DNA of 64,000 nt from Spirochaetia bacterium (GTDB lineage: Bacteria > Spirochaetota > Spirochaetia > DSM-27196 > Salinispiraceae), in NCBI GenBank assembly GCA_038204425.1, contig JBBRCZ010000005.1:131624-195623 (forward strand), given 5' to 3'. A program made the position numbers and the translations under genes. The notes below the pieces were generated by a model that was not told the DNA's origin, searched no databases, and worked only from the letters and a program-made list of their open reading frames with translations. Of the stretch, positions 31,192 to 40,084 are shown one piece after another (the stretch's first letter is position 1; each line of letters opens with the position of its first letter).

Positions 31192-31470
31192 ATGGACACA
31201 CAAGACTTAGTTACAACGGCCGGTATGGCATACATTCAACTTAGCGATAAGGAACTAGAAACTCTCGGTAAGGCCGTTGAGCAGATGGTAGATTTCTTTG
31301 AAAAGATGGGCGAAGTGAATATAGAGGGGCTCCAGCCTACCACTCACGCCTTTATTAAAAAGAATCGACTAAGGGAAGATGAAGTCAGGCCATCCGGCAT
31401 CGCGGATGAGATGCTCGAGCAAGCGCCTGATCTAGAAGACCGTTTTATCTGCATACCAAACGTACTTTGA
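31192..31470 (+). CDS. gatC: Asp/Glu-tRNA amidotransferase subunit C
   Basis: Size, PTTH...LREDEV...APDLEDRFICIPNVL; precedes gatA. Confidence 0.92.
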   Translation: MDTQDLVTTAGMAYIQLSDKELETLGKAVEQMVDFFEKMGEVNIEGLQPTTHAFIKKNRLREDEVRPSGIADEMLEQAPDLEDRFICIPNVL

Positions 31471-31503
31471 TAAGCATACTAATCAAACAAGCAAGGAGCA
31501 TCC

Positions 31504-32916
31504 ATGGCGGCTCAAACTAGACCCTGGAACGAGACCCTTAAGCCAGAGGGCATTAAGGCCTACAAACAATTTGTGGCCGAACGCGATAAACAAGTAGCAT
31601 CATTTCTCGAGTTTGATCCGCTGCGAGCTCAAGGCACAAGCAACGAAAGAGCAGCAGTAAGCACCAAGTCAAAAACGCTTGAAGGACTGCCCTTTGGCGT
31701 AAAGGACAATATTGCGGTCAAGAACTTCCACTTGACTTGTGGATCAAAGATCCTCGAGAGTCTTGTTTCTCCTTATAATGCGACTGCGATTCAGAAACTA
31801 TTGGATGCAGGCGCAGTTCCGGTTGGCAAAACAAATATGGACGAGTTTGGAATGGGTTCGTCAACCGACAACTCAGCCTATAAAACTACCAACAATCCCC
31901 ACGACTTAACAAGAGTATCTGGGGGCTCGTCAGGTGGATCTGCAGCAGCGGTTGCCGCTGGCCTAGTTCCCTTTGCACTGGGAAGTGATACTGGTGGCTC
32001 TATTCGGCAGCCGGCCAGTTTTTGCGGTGTCTACGGGCTCAAGCCAACCTACGGTGCGGTCTCCCGCTACGGTCTGGTGGCCTATGCTTCGTCACTCGAA
32101 GTAGTTGGAGCACTTGCTAAAGACATAACCATTCTCGAGAACGTCTATGAAACCATTAAGGGTCTAGACGGTCGAGATCAAACAAGTACCGATCCCAACG
32201 ATTTTCCACTGCTTAAGAAAGAAGTTAAAACCGTTGGCGTTTTGGCGGATCGAAGTGGCTTGGATGGGATGCAGGCCAAGAGTTTAGAAATTAGCATCGA
32301 AGCACTTAAAAAGGCCGGTTTTGCCATTAAGGAAGTTTCCTTGCCCTTGCTTGACTACGCCGTTCCGGCCTACTACACCATTGCAAGTGCAGAGGCCAGT
32401 GCCAACTTGGCGCGCTTCAATGGCATTCGCTATGGAAACAGGCCAATATACTCAGAAAACCCGGACGACCTTGTTAGGCAAGCGCGCGACCAAGGTTTTG
32501 GCGACGAGGTTAAGCTTCGTATTCTTTTGGGCACCTTTGTTTTGCGCTCAGGTTTTCAAGATCAGTACTATCTGCGTGCACAAAAAATCCGAACCGCTAT
32601 ACGAAATCAGTTTGACAGGGCTTTTGAAGACATTGATTTGCTCTTGCTCCCAGTGTTTCCGATTCCTGCCTTTAAGCATGGCGACCTTGGTATGACAGCC
32701 TTTCAACAAAAGCTGGCCGACAAATATACGACGGCTGCCAACCTAACTGGCTTGCCTGGCTTGTCACTTCCGGGCCCGGTACTTGAGTCAGTTCCTGTAG
32801 GAATGCAGTTTATGGCTCCAGCCATGCACGAACACCTCTTGTTCCAAGTTGCAAGAGCTTTGCAAAGTAGCTTGCCATCAGCCGATCCTGCCGCTTATCC
32901 AGCGGTGTACTCTTAA
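31504..32916 (+). CDS. gatA: Asp/Glu-tRNA amidotransferase subunit A
   Basis: [56 protein letters not shown]. Confidence 0.96.
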   Translation: MAAQTRPWNETLKPEGIKAYKQFVAERDKQVASFLEFDPLRAQGTSNERAAVSTKSKTLEGLPFGVKDNIAVKNFHLTCGSKILESLVSPYNATAIQKLLDAGAVPVGKTNMDEFGMGSSTDNSAYKTTNNPHDLTRVSGGSSGGSAAAVAAGLVPFALGSDTGGSIRQPASFCGVYGLKPTYGAVSRYGLVAYASSLEVVGALAKDITILENVYETIKGLDGRDQTSTDPNDFPLLKKEVKTVGVLADRSGLDGMQAKSLEISIEALKKAGFAIKEVSLPLLDYAVPAYYTIASAEASANLARFNGIRYGNRPIYSENPDDLVRQARDQGFGDEVKLRILLGTFVLRSGFQDQYYLRAQKIRTAIRNQFDRAFEDIDLLLLPVFPIPAFKHGDLGMTAFQQKLADKYTTAANLTGLPGLSLPGPVLESVPVGMQFMAPAMHEHLLFQVARALQSSLPSADPAAYPAVYS

Positions 32917-32927
32917 GAGGAAAATCA

Positions 32928-34355
32928 ATGTCAACGTACAAGTCATTTATAGGTTTGGAAATCCATATTCAGCTAAATACCAAGTCAAAAGTCTTTTGTT
33001 CATGCAAAACCTCATTTGGTGATGAGGCAAATACCAACGTTTGCCCTGTTTGTATGGGTTATCCGGGAACTCTTCCGGCACTTAACCAAGAGGCCATCCG
33101 CAAGGGCTATGCAGTAGCCAAGGCTTTGCACTGCAATTTGGCAGAGCGTTGCCATTTTGAACGCAAGAATTATTTTTATCCAGACCTTCCCAAAAACTAT
33201 CAGATCAGCCAATTTGCGGCGCCACTTGGTACCGAAGGTTGGATAGAGATTGACTATCAGAACCAACGCAAGCGTATCAGAATCAAAGAGTGCCACTTGG
33301 AAGAAGACGCTGGCAAAATGATTCACGCTGGTGACATGTCATTGCTTGACTATAATCGTACTGGCACACCCTTGCTAGAAATTGTAACTGAGCCCGACTT
33401 GGAATTTGGCGACGAAGCCGAAATTCTGCTGCACGAACTCAGACGTTTGGTGCGCTACCTTGGCGTTTGTGATGGCAATATGGAAGAAGGCTCGATGCGT
33501 TGCGATGCCAACGTTTCGATCAATCTTGCAGGCCAAGGCTTGGGTCGCAAGGTTGAGGTAAAGAATCTCAATTCTTCACGCTTTGTAAGAAAGGCGATTG
33601 TCCACGAGTTGGAACGCCAAGCCCAAATTTTGGACAAAGGCGCCATAGTTCTTCAAGAAACCCGTCTATGGAATGAAAATCGAGACCAGACTGAAACCAT
33701 GCGATCAAAAGAAAGTGCCCACGATTACCGCTATTTTACTGAACCTGATTTACCACCATTTTCTCCTGATAAAGAATTTCTGGCTAGCTTGGATAAGATC
33801 CTGACAGAGCTACCACTTGATCGCAAAGACCGCATGAGCAAAGCCTATGGACTCAGCGCAGCCCAAGCCGACTTTATTGCCGAAGAACGACCTTTTGCAG
33901 ACTATTTTGAACAAACGGTTAAACTTGGCGCTGATGCGACCAATGTTGCCGCTTGGTTGTGCGGTGACGTTCAAAAGGTAGTCAATCGAGAAAATGTTGC
34001 GGTCTACGAAAGCAAGCTCAGTGCAAATCGCTTTGCTTCACTTATCAAATTGCTCGACAAGGGAACGATAAGTGGTAAAATAGCCAAGCAAGTCTTGGAC
34101 TTGGTCTTTGATGAAGACAAGGACCCAGAAGTTTTGGTCAAAGAAAAGGGTCTTGAGCAATTGACCGATCGCAAAACAATTAGAGGCTTGGTTGATCAAG
34201 TGCTGGCAAACAATAGTAAAGCAGTTGCACAGATACGAGAAGGCGATCAAAAGCCACTCGGTTTTTTGGCTGGCCAGGTACTCAAAGAAAGTGGCGGTAA
34301 GGCCGACCCGCGCATTGTGCAAGAAATTTTGACCGAAGTATTTTCTCTTAAGTAA
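32928..34355 (+). CDS. gatB: Asp/Glu-tRNA amidotransferase subunit B
   Basis: IGLEIHIQL, RKNYFYPDLPKNYQISQ, HLEEDAGK, EEGSMRCDANVS, DYRYF.EPDLP. Confidence 0.97.
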   Translation: MSTYKSFIGLEIHIQLNTKSKVFCSCKTSFGDEANTNVCPVCMGYPGTLPALNQEAIRKGYAVAKALHCNLAERCHFERKNYFYPDLPKNYQISQFAAPLGTEGWIEIDYQNQRKRIRIKECHLEEDAGKMIHAGDMSLLDYNRTGTPLLEIVTEPDLEFGDEAEILLHELRRLVRYLGVCDGNMEEGSMRCDANVSINLAGQGLGRKVEVKNLNSSRFVRKAIVHELERQAQILDKGAIVLQETRLWNENRDQTETMRSKESAHDYRYFTEPDLPPFSPDKEFLASLDKILTELPLDRKDRMSKAYGLSAAQADFIAEERPFADYFEQTVKLGADATNVAAWLCGDVQKVVNRENVAVYESKLSANRFASLIKLLDKGTISGKIAKQVLDLVFDEDKDPEVLVKEKGLEQLTDRKTIRGLVDQVLANNSKAVAQIREGDQKPLGFLAGQVLKESGGKADPRIVQEILTEVFSLK

Positions 34356-34366
34356 GGCAGGCAAGA

Positions 34367-35644
34367 ATGATCGATAGAGTTTTAGCAGCAGATTTGGCCC
34401 AACATCAAGGCAAAACCGTAACCCTCGCCGGATGGGTACATCGAGTGAGAGAACTGGGCGGCGTATCGTTTATTGTTCTGCGTGACCGCAGCGGCCAAGC
34501 CCAGTTGGTCTATCACGAGAAAGTAGATTTTAACGTTGAATCAGTTATAAAGGTCACCGGAAAAGTCATAGTCAACGAAAAGTCACCCAGTGGATTTGAG
34601 CTAAATGCGGAAACAACTGAAGTATTGGCGCCTGCTGAACCCGAAATTACCTTTCCAGTAAATCAAGATCACGATAAAACCAGCCTAGAGGTGATCCTGG
34701 ATAATCGTATGCTCAGTCTTCGCAATCCAAAACTGTTGAGTATTTTTGAACTGCAAGCTGGCATACTCGAGTACTTTGCCGAGTACCTTCGCAAACATGA
34801 TTTTACCGAGATAAAGACCAGTAAGTTGATTGGTACAGGAACTGAAGGTGGTACCGGACTATTTGAAGTTGAGTATTTTGAAACCAAGGTATTTTTGGCT
34901 CAGTCTCCTCAGTTTTACAAGCAGACCATGGTGGCATCGGGACTCGAGAGAGTTTTTGAAGTTGGTTGTGCCTATCGGGCCGAAAAACACGACACACCAC
35001 GGCACTTGAACGAGTATGTTTCTCTTGATGTCGAGATGGCTTTTATAGAAAGTGAAATGGATCTGATTGCCATTGAAAAAGAAATCCTCAAGCACATTTT
35101 TGCCCGAGTCGGGGAGAAGCACGCCAAGACGCTCGCACTTTGGGGCGCAAGCGTGCCAAGCGCAGAACAAGTTGATAGCTTTCCAGTGATAGCGCATGAG
35201 AAAGCAAAAGAAATTGTTTCGGAACGTTTGGGGCATAGGCTTTTTGAAATAAATCCCGAGGCAGAACGGGTGATTTGCGACTGGGCAATGGAAGAATATG
35301 GCTGCGATGGCGTCTTTATCAATGAGTTTCCACGCAAGAAGCGCCCCTTCTACACCTATCCTTTGGGTCTCAAGACTATGAGTTTTGACTTGGTGTTTCG
35401 TGGTCTAGAGATTACCACAGGTGGTAAACGAATAAACGAATATGCCATGATGAAAGAAACTTTGCCAAAGTTTGGCCTGACCGAAGAAGGCTTGGGCGCT
35501 TACATTGACAACTTTAAATTTGGCTGTCCACCCCACGGTGGCTTTGCAATTGGACTAGAACGCCTGACACAGAAGATCTTGGGACTGAGCAATGTCAAAG
35601 AAGCTGCCTTGTTTCCGAGAGATAGGAAACGTATCCACCCTTAG
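34367..35644 (+). CDS. aspS: Short (archaeal-type) non-discriminating aspartyl-tRNA synthetase
   Basis: 425 aa without the bacterial GAD insert; GWVHRVR, LAQSPQFYKQ, YRAEKHDTPRHLNEY, PPHGGFAIGLERL; operonic with gatCAB. Confidence 0.9.
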   Translation: MIDRVLAADLAQHQGKTVTLAGWVHRVRELGGVSFIVLRDRSGQAQLVYHEKVDFNVESVIKVTGKVIVNEKSPSGFELNAETTEVLAPAEPEITFPVNQDHDKTSLEVILDNRMLSLRNPKLLSIFELQAGILEYFAEYLRKHDFTEIKTSKLIGTGTEGGTGLFEVEYFETKVFLAQSPQFYKQTMVASGLERVFEVGCAYRAEKHDTPRHLNEYVSLDVEMAFIESEMDLIAIEKEILKHIFARVGEKHAKTLALWGASVPSAEQVDSFPVIAHEKAKEIVSERLGHRLFEINPEAERVICDWAMEEYGCDGVFINEFPRKKRPFYTYPLGLKTMSFDLVFRGLEITTGGKRINEYAMMKETLPKFGLTEEGLGAYIDNFKFGCPPHGGFAIGLERLTQKILGLSNVKEAALFPRDRKRIHP

Positions 35645-35693
35645 TTTGTTTTATTGATAAACTGAGTTTAAGCTGCTTAGAAAGGATACCAAC

Positions 35694-36071
35694 ATGGCAC
35701 ACAAAATTTTGGTAGTTGAAGATGAGCCAATACTGGGTTTGGAACTTCGCGAAGACCTATTGGCGTCAGGTTTTGATGTTCCGGAAGTGGTTCAAGACGG
35801 TGATCAGGTTATGTCGGCAGTTATTTTGCATAAACCCGAGCTGATTGTGATGGACATCAAACTATTTGGCTATCGCGATGGCATTGAAGCTGCCCAAAGG
35901 TTTAGACCCTTCTTTGAGATTCCGGTGATTTTTCTTTCCTCTTATCCATTGGAAGAAGTTGAGTCACGCATAAAAAAATTGAACAATACCATTTATTTGG
36001 AAAAGCCTTATCAAGAACAAAGGCTTGTGGATGCTATCAATAATTTGCTTGATGGTCGCAAACTTGCCTAG
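35694..36071 (+). CDS. Single-domain response regulator
   Basis: ILVVEDE, LIVMDIKL phosphoacceptor, IPVIFLSS, YLEKPY. Confidence 0.93.
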   Translation: MAHKILVVEDEPILGLELREDLLASGFDVPEVVQDGDQVMSAVILHKPELIVMDIKLFGYRDGIEAAQRFRPFFEIPVIFLSSYPLEEVESRIKKLNNTIYLEKPYQEQRLVDAINNLLDGRKLA

Positions 36072-36072
36072 T

Positions 36073-37449
36073 TTAGGCCGAGGGTAAAGTTAGAAGGGCA
36101 TTGGTACCTTCGCCAGCATGACTTTTCAAACTCAGGCTTCCCTTATTTCTGACGGCAAACTCTCTGCTGAGTATCAAGCCAAAGCCGCTACCTCGCTCAC
36201 CGTGAGTGCCAAGTGTAGCGATTCTTTTTTCTATCCTAAAAAGATTTGACATTATTTCCTCTGGTATTCCCTCACCAAAGTCACGGATCTTGACCAATAA
36301 TTTTAACTTTTTTTTCTCCACCGTAATGTGGATCTGCTGGCCGCTCTTACTAAACTTAATGGCGTTGGAAAGCAGGTTGCGCATGATAAGCTCCACGGTT
36401 TGTTGATCTGCTTTGACCTTAGCTGCAATTTGATCAGCAACAATGCTTAGACCCTTGGCCCGGCACTCCAGTTCATAGAGCGCAATCACCGAACGGATAC
36501 TCTCGTCAATAGAAAAGATCTGCGGTCGCAGTGGCCAGTCTCGGTTCTGGCTGCGTCCCCACCACAGTAGATCTTCAAGCAGACCGTGGGTACGTTCCAG
36601 CGAGGCCGATAAAACTTCGATCGCTTGTTTTTTGGCGATGATGTCCACGTGGTCGGGGAGTAAATGCTTTTTAAGATAGCGCGATGCGCCGGCGATAGGA
36701 GCTCTCAAGTCGTGTGCCAACATCGACACAAACAGATTTTTTATGCGATTGACTGCAAGCAGGGTTTGGTTCTTCTTGCGTAACTTCAGCTCTTTTTCTA
36801 GAATAATTTCTTCAAAGCGGACGCCAGCAAGTGTATAGTAGCCAAAAAGAGAAATTGCCGAAGTTAAGATGGAAAATAGGAAGACTAGCGAGTTGATGCC
36901 ATCATACTGAGCAAAATCGCCAAGATGAGGGTTGGCTAAGAGTTCGGGAAGACGAGCCAAATTTCCAAAGGCGATCAAGAGAAATGGTGTGCCCGTTATC
37001 CAAGATGCCAAACGATAGCGTGCTCTGGCCTTGTAGGTAAAGATTAGGAAGATAGCGACGCCAATTGCGGCACTAGAAAAAGAGAATAATATAGACCGCA
37101 CGCCAAGCCCTGCCGGCTCGAGCAAGATATAGATCAATGCCACAAGAGCAACAAGAGAGTACCAATAGAGCGAGAAGGAAGCCGGTTTTCTGAAGATGGA
37201 CGCAGAATGAGCGTAGAAAACCATGCCAAGCGTCAAAAAAGTGTTTGAAAGCACAATCAAAACATAGGGCAGCTCAGAACCTCTAAATGCTAGAATTAAG
37301 GTACCTATGGTAATTGAGGCTTGGGCAGCTAACCATAGTTTGGCCCCGGAAAAGGTTTGCCGTAAAAAATAGAGGGCTAGCGAAAAAACCAAGGTGATTG
37401 CATATGACAATAGCAGCACCCAAAAAAGAGTGGTTTGGTCTAAGTTCAT
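36073..37449 (-). CDS. Membrane sensor histidine kinase (about 7 TM helices)
   Basis: H-box LAHDLRAP, N-box RNLLSNAIKFS, G1 IRDFGEGI, G2 GSGFGL; convergent with the response regulator. Confidence 0.93.
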   Translation of the reverse strand: MNLDQTTLFWVLLLSYAITLVFSLALYFLRQTFSGAKLWLAAQASITIGTLILAFRGSELPYVLIVLSNTFLTLGMVFYAHSASIFRKPASFSLYWYSLVALVALIYILLEPAGLGVRSILFSFSSAAIGVAIFLIFTYKARARYRLASWITGTPFLLIAFGNLARLPELLANPHLGDFAQYDGINSLVFLFSILTSAISLFGYYTLAGVRFEEIILEKELKLRKKNQTLLAVNRIKNLFVSMLAHDLRAPIAGASRYLKKHLLPDHVDIIAKKQAIEVLSASLERTHGLLEDLLWWGRSQNRDWPLRPQIFSIDESIRSVIALYELECRAKGLSIVADQIAAKVKADQQTVELIMRNLLSNAIKFSKSGQQIHITVEKKKLKLLVKIRDFGEGIPEEIMSNLFRIEKRIATLGTHGERGSGFGLILSREFAVRNKGSLSLKSHAGEGTNALLTLPSA

Positions 37450-37461
37450 TGTCTACTCCCG

Positions 37462-38337
37462 CTAAAGCGCGTCGCGATAATAGTCTAGAATCGCGTCCCG
37501 CACGAAAAAAGCCGCTGTGTCGCTATGACAGGAAAGCTCAAGTAGCGACTCACGTTTGGTCAAGTCAGTGGCTAGTGACTTATCTACCAAGGTCACTTGG
37601 ATGGTGAGGTCCACATCATTTGTGTAGCTTGGTTCTAGATTCTCATATGAGCTACGCAGCAAGAAAAAGCGAGCTTGAGACCGCAAGGCCTGCGCCAAAC
37701 TCGCCTGCGCCCGATCTCGATACTGGACTTCCAAAGTATGTTGTTTGCTAGTGTCAAAGTCATTGAAAAATGCAGAATAGAGTGGCACATAGAGTGTTTC
37801 CAAAAGCGAAGCAAGTTTTCTTATCATCTCAAGTTCATTTTTTTGGTCGCCGTGATTGAGTTTGACTTGAATCGATTTAACAAACCACGGTCTAACAACT
37901 TGCGGAATAAAGTGCCAGTATCTATATGGATGAGTTCTGACTTCGGTACCAGAAACAGGGAACTGGTCGCGTGAGGGATCTACCGGTATAAAGGTGGCGC
38001 CAAGCTCACGAGCGAAGTTCCAGCCGTAGTCCTCCGAGGCAAAAACGTAGTCGATAGGCTGCTTGATTTCTGCTCGCACCGCTTCGGCCCAAATCTTGTG
38101 GGCCCCTTCTTGGAGGCGGTTGGCCTGTGGATTGACCACGTGGATATGAACTACTTTGGCGTTAGGAAACAGATGTTGAATCCAAGCAAACCTAAGTTTA
38201 CCGGGGATGACCTCGCCAGGTAAACTACAAACAAAAATCCACGTTTCGTCAGCAAAATTTGCCGCAAACTCCAAAAGATATTCGTGGCCTTTGTGAGGAG
38301 GCATAAACTTACCAATGATGACACCGCGAGTTTTCAT
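37462..38337 (-). CDS. NadR-like NMN adenylyltransferase with degenerate C-terminal kinase domain
   Basis: GKFMPPHKGH (HxGH), VFASEDYG, PVSGTEVR..PYRYWHFIP.VVRPWF; no Walker A in the C-terminal half. Confidence 0.8.
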   Translation of the reverse strand: MKTRGVIIGKFMPPHKGHEYLLEFAANFADETWIFVCSLPGEVIPGKLRFAWIQHLFPNAKVVHIHVVNPQANRLQEGAHKIWAEAVRAEIKQPIDYVFASEDYGWNFARELGATFIPVDPSRDQFPVSGTEVRTHPYRYWHFIPQVVRPWFVKSIQVKLNHGDQKNELEMIRKLASLLETLYVPLYSAFFNDFDTSKQHTLEVQYRDRAQASLAQALRSQARFFLLRSSYENLEPSYTNDVDLTIQVTLVDKSLATDLTKRESLLELSCHSDTAAFFVRDAILDYYRDAL

Positions 38338-38353
38338 AAAATTATGCAATTCC

Positions 38354-38397
38354 TGACCCAGTTTTGACCCAGTTTAGAGACAGTTCTGAAACAACAC
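38354..38397. promoter_or_regulatory. 11-bp tandem direct-repeat array upstream of ppx-ppk1 (putative regulator boxes)
   Basis: TGACCCAGTTT x2 exact, then AGAGACAGTTC and TGAAACAACAC in phase; TATAGT at 38398-38403. Confidence 0.55.
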
Positions 38398-38476
38398 TAT
38401 AGTATTGTTGTTGATATCCTGTCATGCAAAGAATTATAAATGTTGATTTGACCAAAAAAGGGAACCGAGTATTAAG

Positions 38477-40045
38477 ATGACTAACGAACAGAAGCCGCGC
38501 TTGGCTGGAGTAATTGATATTGGTTCCAGTGCTATTCGCATGGTTGTTATGCAAATTGAAAAAAACGGCGAGTTTCGCAAAGTCGACCGCGCCTCTAAAC
38601 CCATTCAGTTTGGTCGCGATGTTTTTATCAAAAAGGTAATTGGGCGAGAAAGCATAAATCAAGCGATTCGGATCCTGAATGGTTTCTCCGAGCTCTTTGC
38701 TGCCTGGGGAATCGCCCGTGATGATGTTTTTGTAATTGCGACCAGCGCTATCAGAGAAGCTCGCAACCGCGATACTTTTATTGACCGCGTTTTTATACGC
38801 ACTGGATTTAACGTAAAAATAGCCGATGGTGTGGAAGAAAATCATTTAACCTATTTGGCGGTCCTACATGCAATCGAAGGACTGCGAGCTACTTTTGCCC
38901 GTTCTTCCAACATAATTATAGAAGTTGGTGGCGGTTCTACCGAGTTGATGATTATGGACAAGGGAAAAATGGTCTCAGCGCACCTATTTAGGTTGGGAAC
39001 GCTCAGACTGGAACATAACTGGGGTGGTTTTGAGGCCGGTGATGCTCTAAACAAAGTACCAATTGTACAGTCACTAATGGAACAGTTTAGGGGAACAATT
39101 GCCGGAGTTAACGCTGAGTACAACCTAGCCAAAATCAAGTACTTTGTCATGGTTGGGGGAGATGCTCGCACTGCGGCGTTACACTGTGGTCAAAAGAAAA
39201 GTGAACATTACAGCATCATCAAGCGCCAAGATTTTTTTGACTATTTAGAGAAGCTTGCCAGCTTTACTGTAGAAGACTGTGTGCGACTCTTGAATGTCAG
39301 CTACTACGAAGCAGAAAGTCTCTTACCGGCCCTAACTATCTTTGGCCTGTTTTTTAGAGAAACAGCGGCCGAAGAACTAGTGGTACCCGACGTCAGCATC
39401 AGAGAAGGAGTGCTCTTGCGCTTTGCACTGGGCAGCGACTCCAAGCAAGAACGACAGTTTCATGGTCAAATTTTTGCATCAGCACTGAGCCTGGGTCGAA
39501 AATATCATTTTGATGAGGCCCATGGCCTACACGTTTCTACGCTAAGCATGGTTTTTTTTGACAGCTTTAGCGACCAACATGGTCTTGGAGAAAAAGCACA
39601 AGTTTTATTGCAAGTCGCAGCACTTCTGCACGACATTGGCTATTTTGTTAGAGCGACTGGCCACCACAAGCACGGGCAGTACTTAATCCAGAACTCAGAG
39701 TTGTTTGGCCTCAGCATTGACGAGCTAAATTTGGTAGGTCAGATAGTTAGGTATCACCGCTCAACCAGACCGCTGAGGGATCACGCTGAGTTTAATGCCT
39801 TGACTCAGGAACAGCGTGTGATGGTGCTCAAACTTACGGCTCTCTTGCGGGTCTGCGACTCCTTGGATAGAAGCCATTGTCAACGAATCAAAGACTTTTC
39901 TTTGGCCATTAAGGATGACGATATTTTGGAGCTGACTGCTGACTTTCAAGGTGACATCTCATTGGAGCGACAGGCTTTGGTCGCCAAAAGCGAGCTTTTT
40001 GAAGATGTCTTTGGCTACCGAATCGCCTTTGCAGGAAAGAACTAA
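38477..40045 (+). CDS. ppx: Exopolyphosphatase Ppx/GppA with HD domain
   Basis: VIDIGSSAIRM, ATSAIREARN, EVGGGSTE, SIREGVL, AALLHDIG...HHKHG. Confidence 0.93.
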   Translation: MTNEQKPRLAGVIDIGSSAIRMVVMQIEKNGEFRKVDRASKPIQFGRDVFIKKVIGRESINQAIRILNGFSELFAAWGIARDDVFVIATSAIREARNRDTFIDRVFIRTGFNVKIADGVEENHLTYLAVLHAIEGLRATFARSSNIIIEVGGGSTELMIMDKGKMVSAHLFRLGTLRLEHNWGGFEAGDALNKVPIVQSLMEQFRGTIAGVNAEYNLAKIKYFVMVGGDARTAALHCGQKKSEHYSIIKRQDFFDYLEKLASFTVEDCVRLLNVSYYEAESLLPALTIFGLFFRETAAEELVVPDVSIREGVLLRFALGSDSKQERQFHGQIFASALSLGRKYHFDEAHGLHVSTLSMVFFDSFSDQHGLGEKAQVLLQVAALLHDIGYFVRATGHHKHGQYLIQNSELFGLSIDELNLVGQIVRYHRSTRPLRDHAEFNALTQEQRVMVLKLTALLRVCDSLDRSHCQRIKDFSLAIKDDDILELTADFQGDISLERQALVAKSELFEDVFGYRIAFAGKN

Positions 40046-40084
40046 GAAGCTATTTTGAAAGTAGAAACAAAAAAAGGTGGCACT

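Noticed and set aside
38342..38845. 167-aa minus ORF and similar antisense ORFs inside gyrB, gyrA, gatB, purL and ppk2
   Set aside because: They lie opposite or out of frame to well-supported conserved genes and have no motifs.
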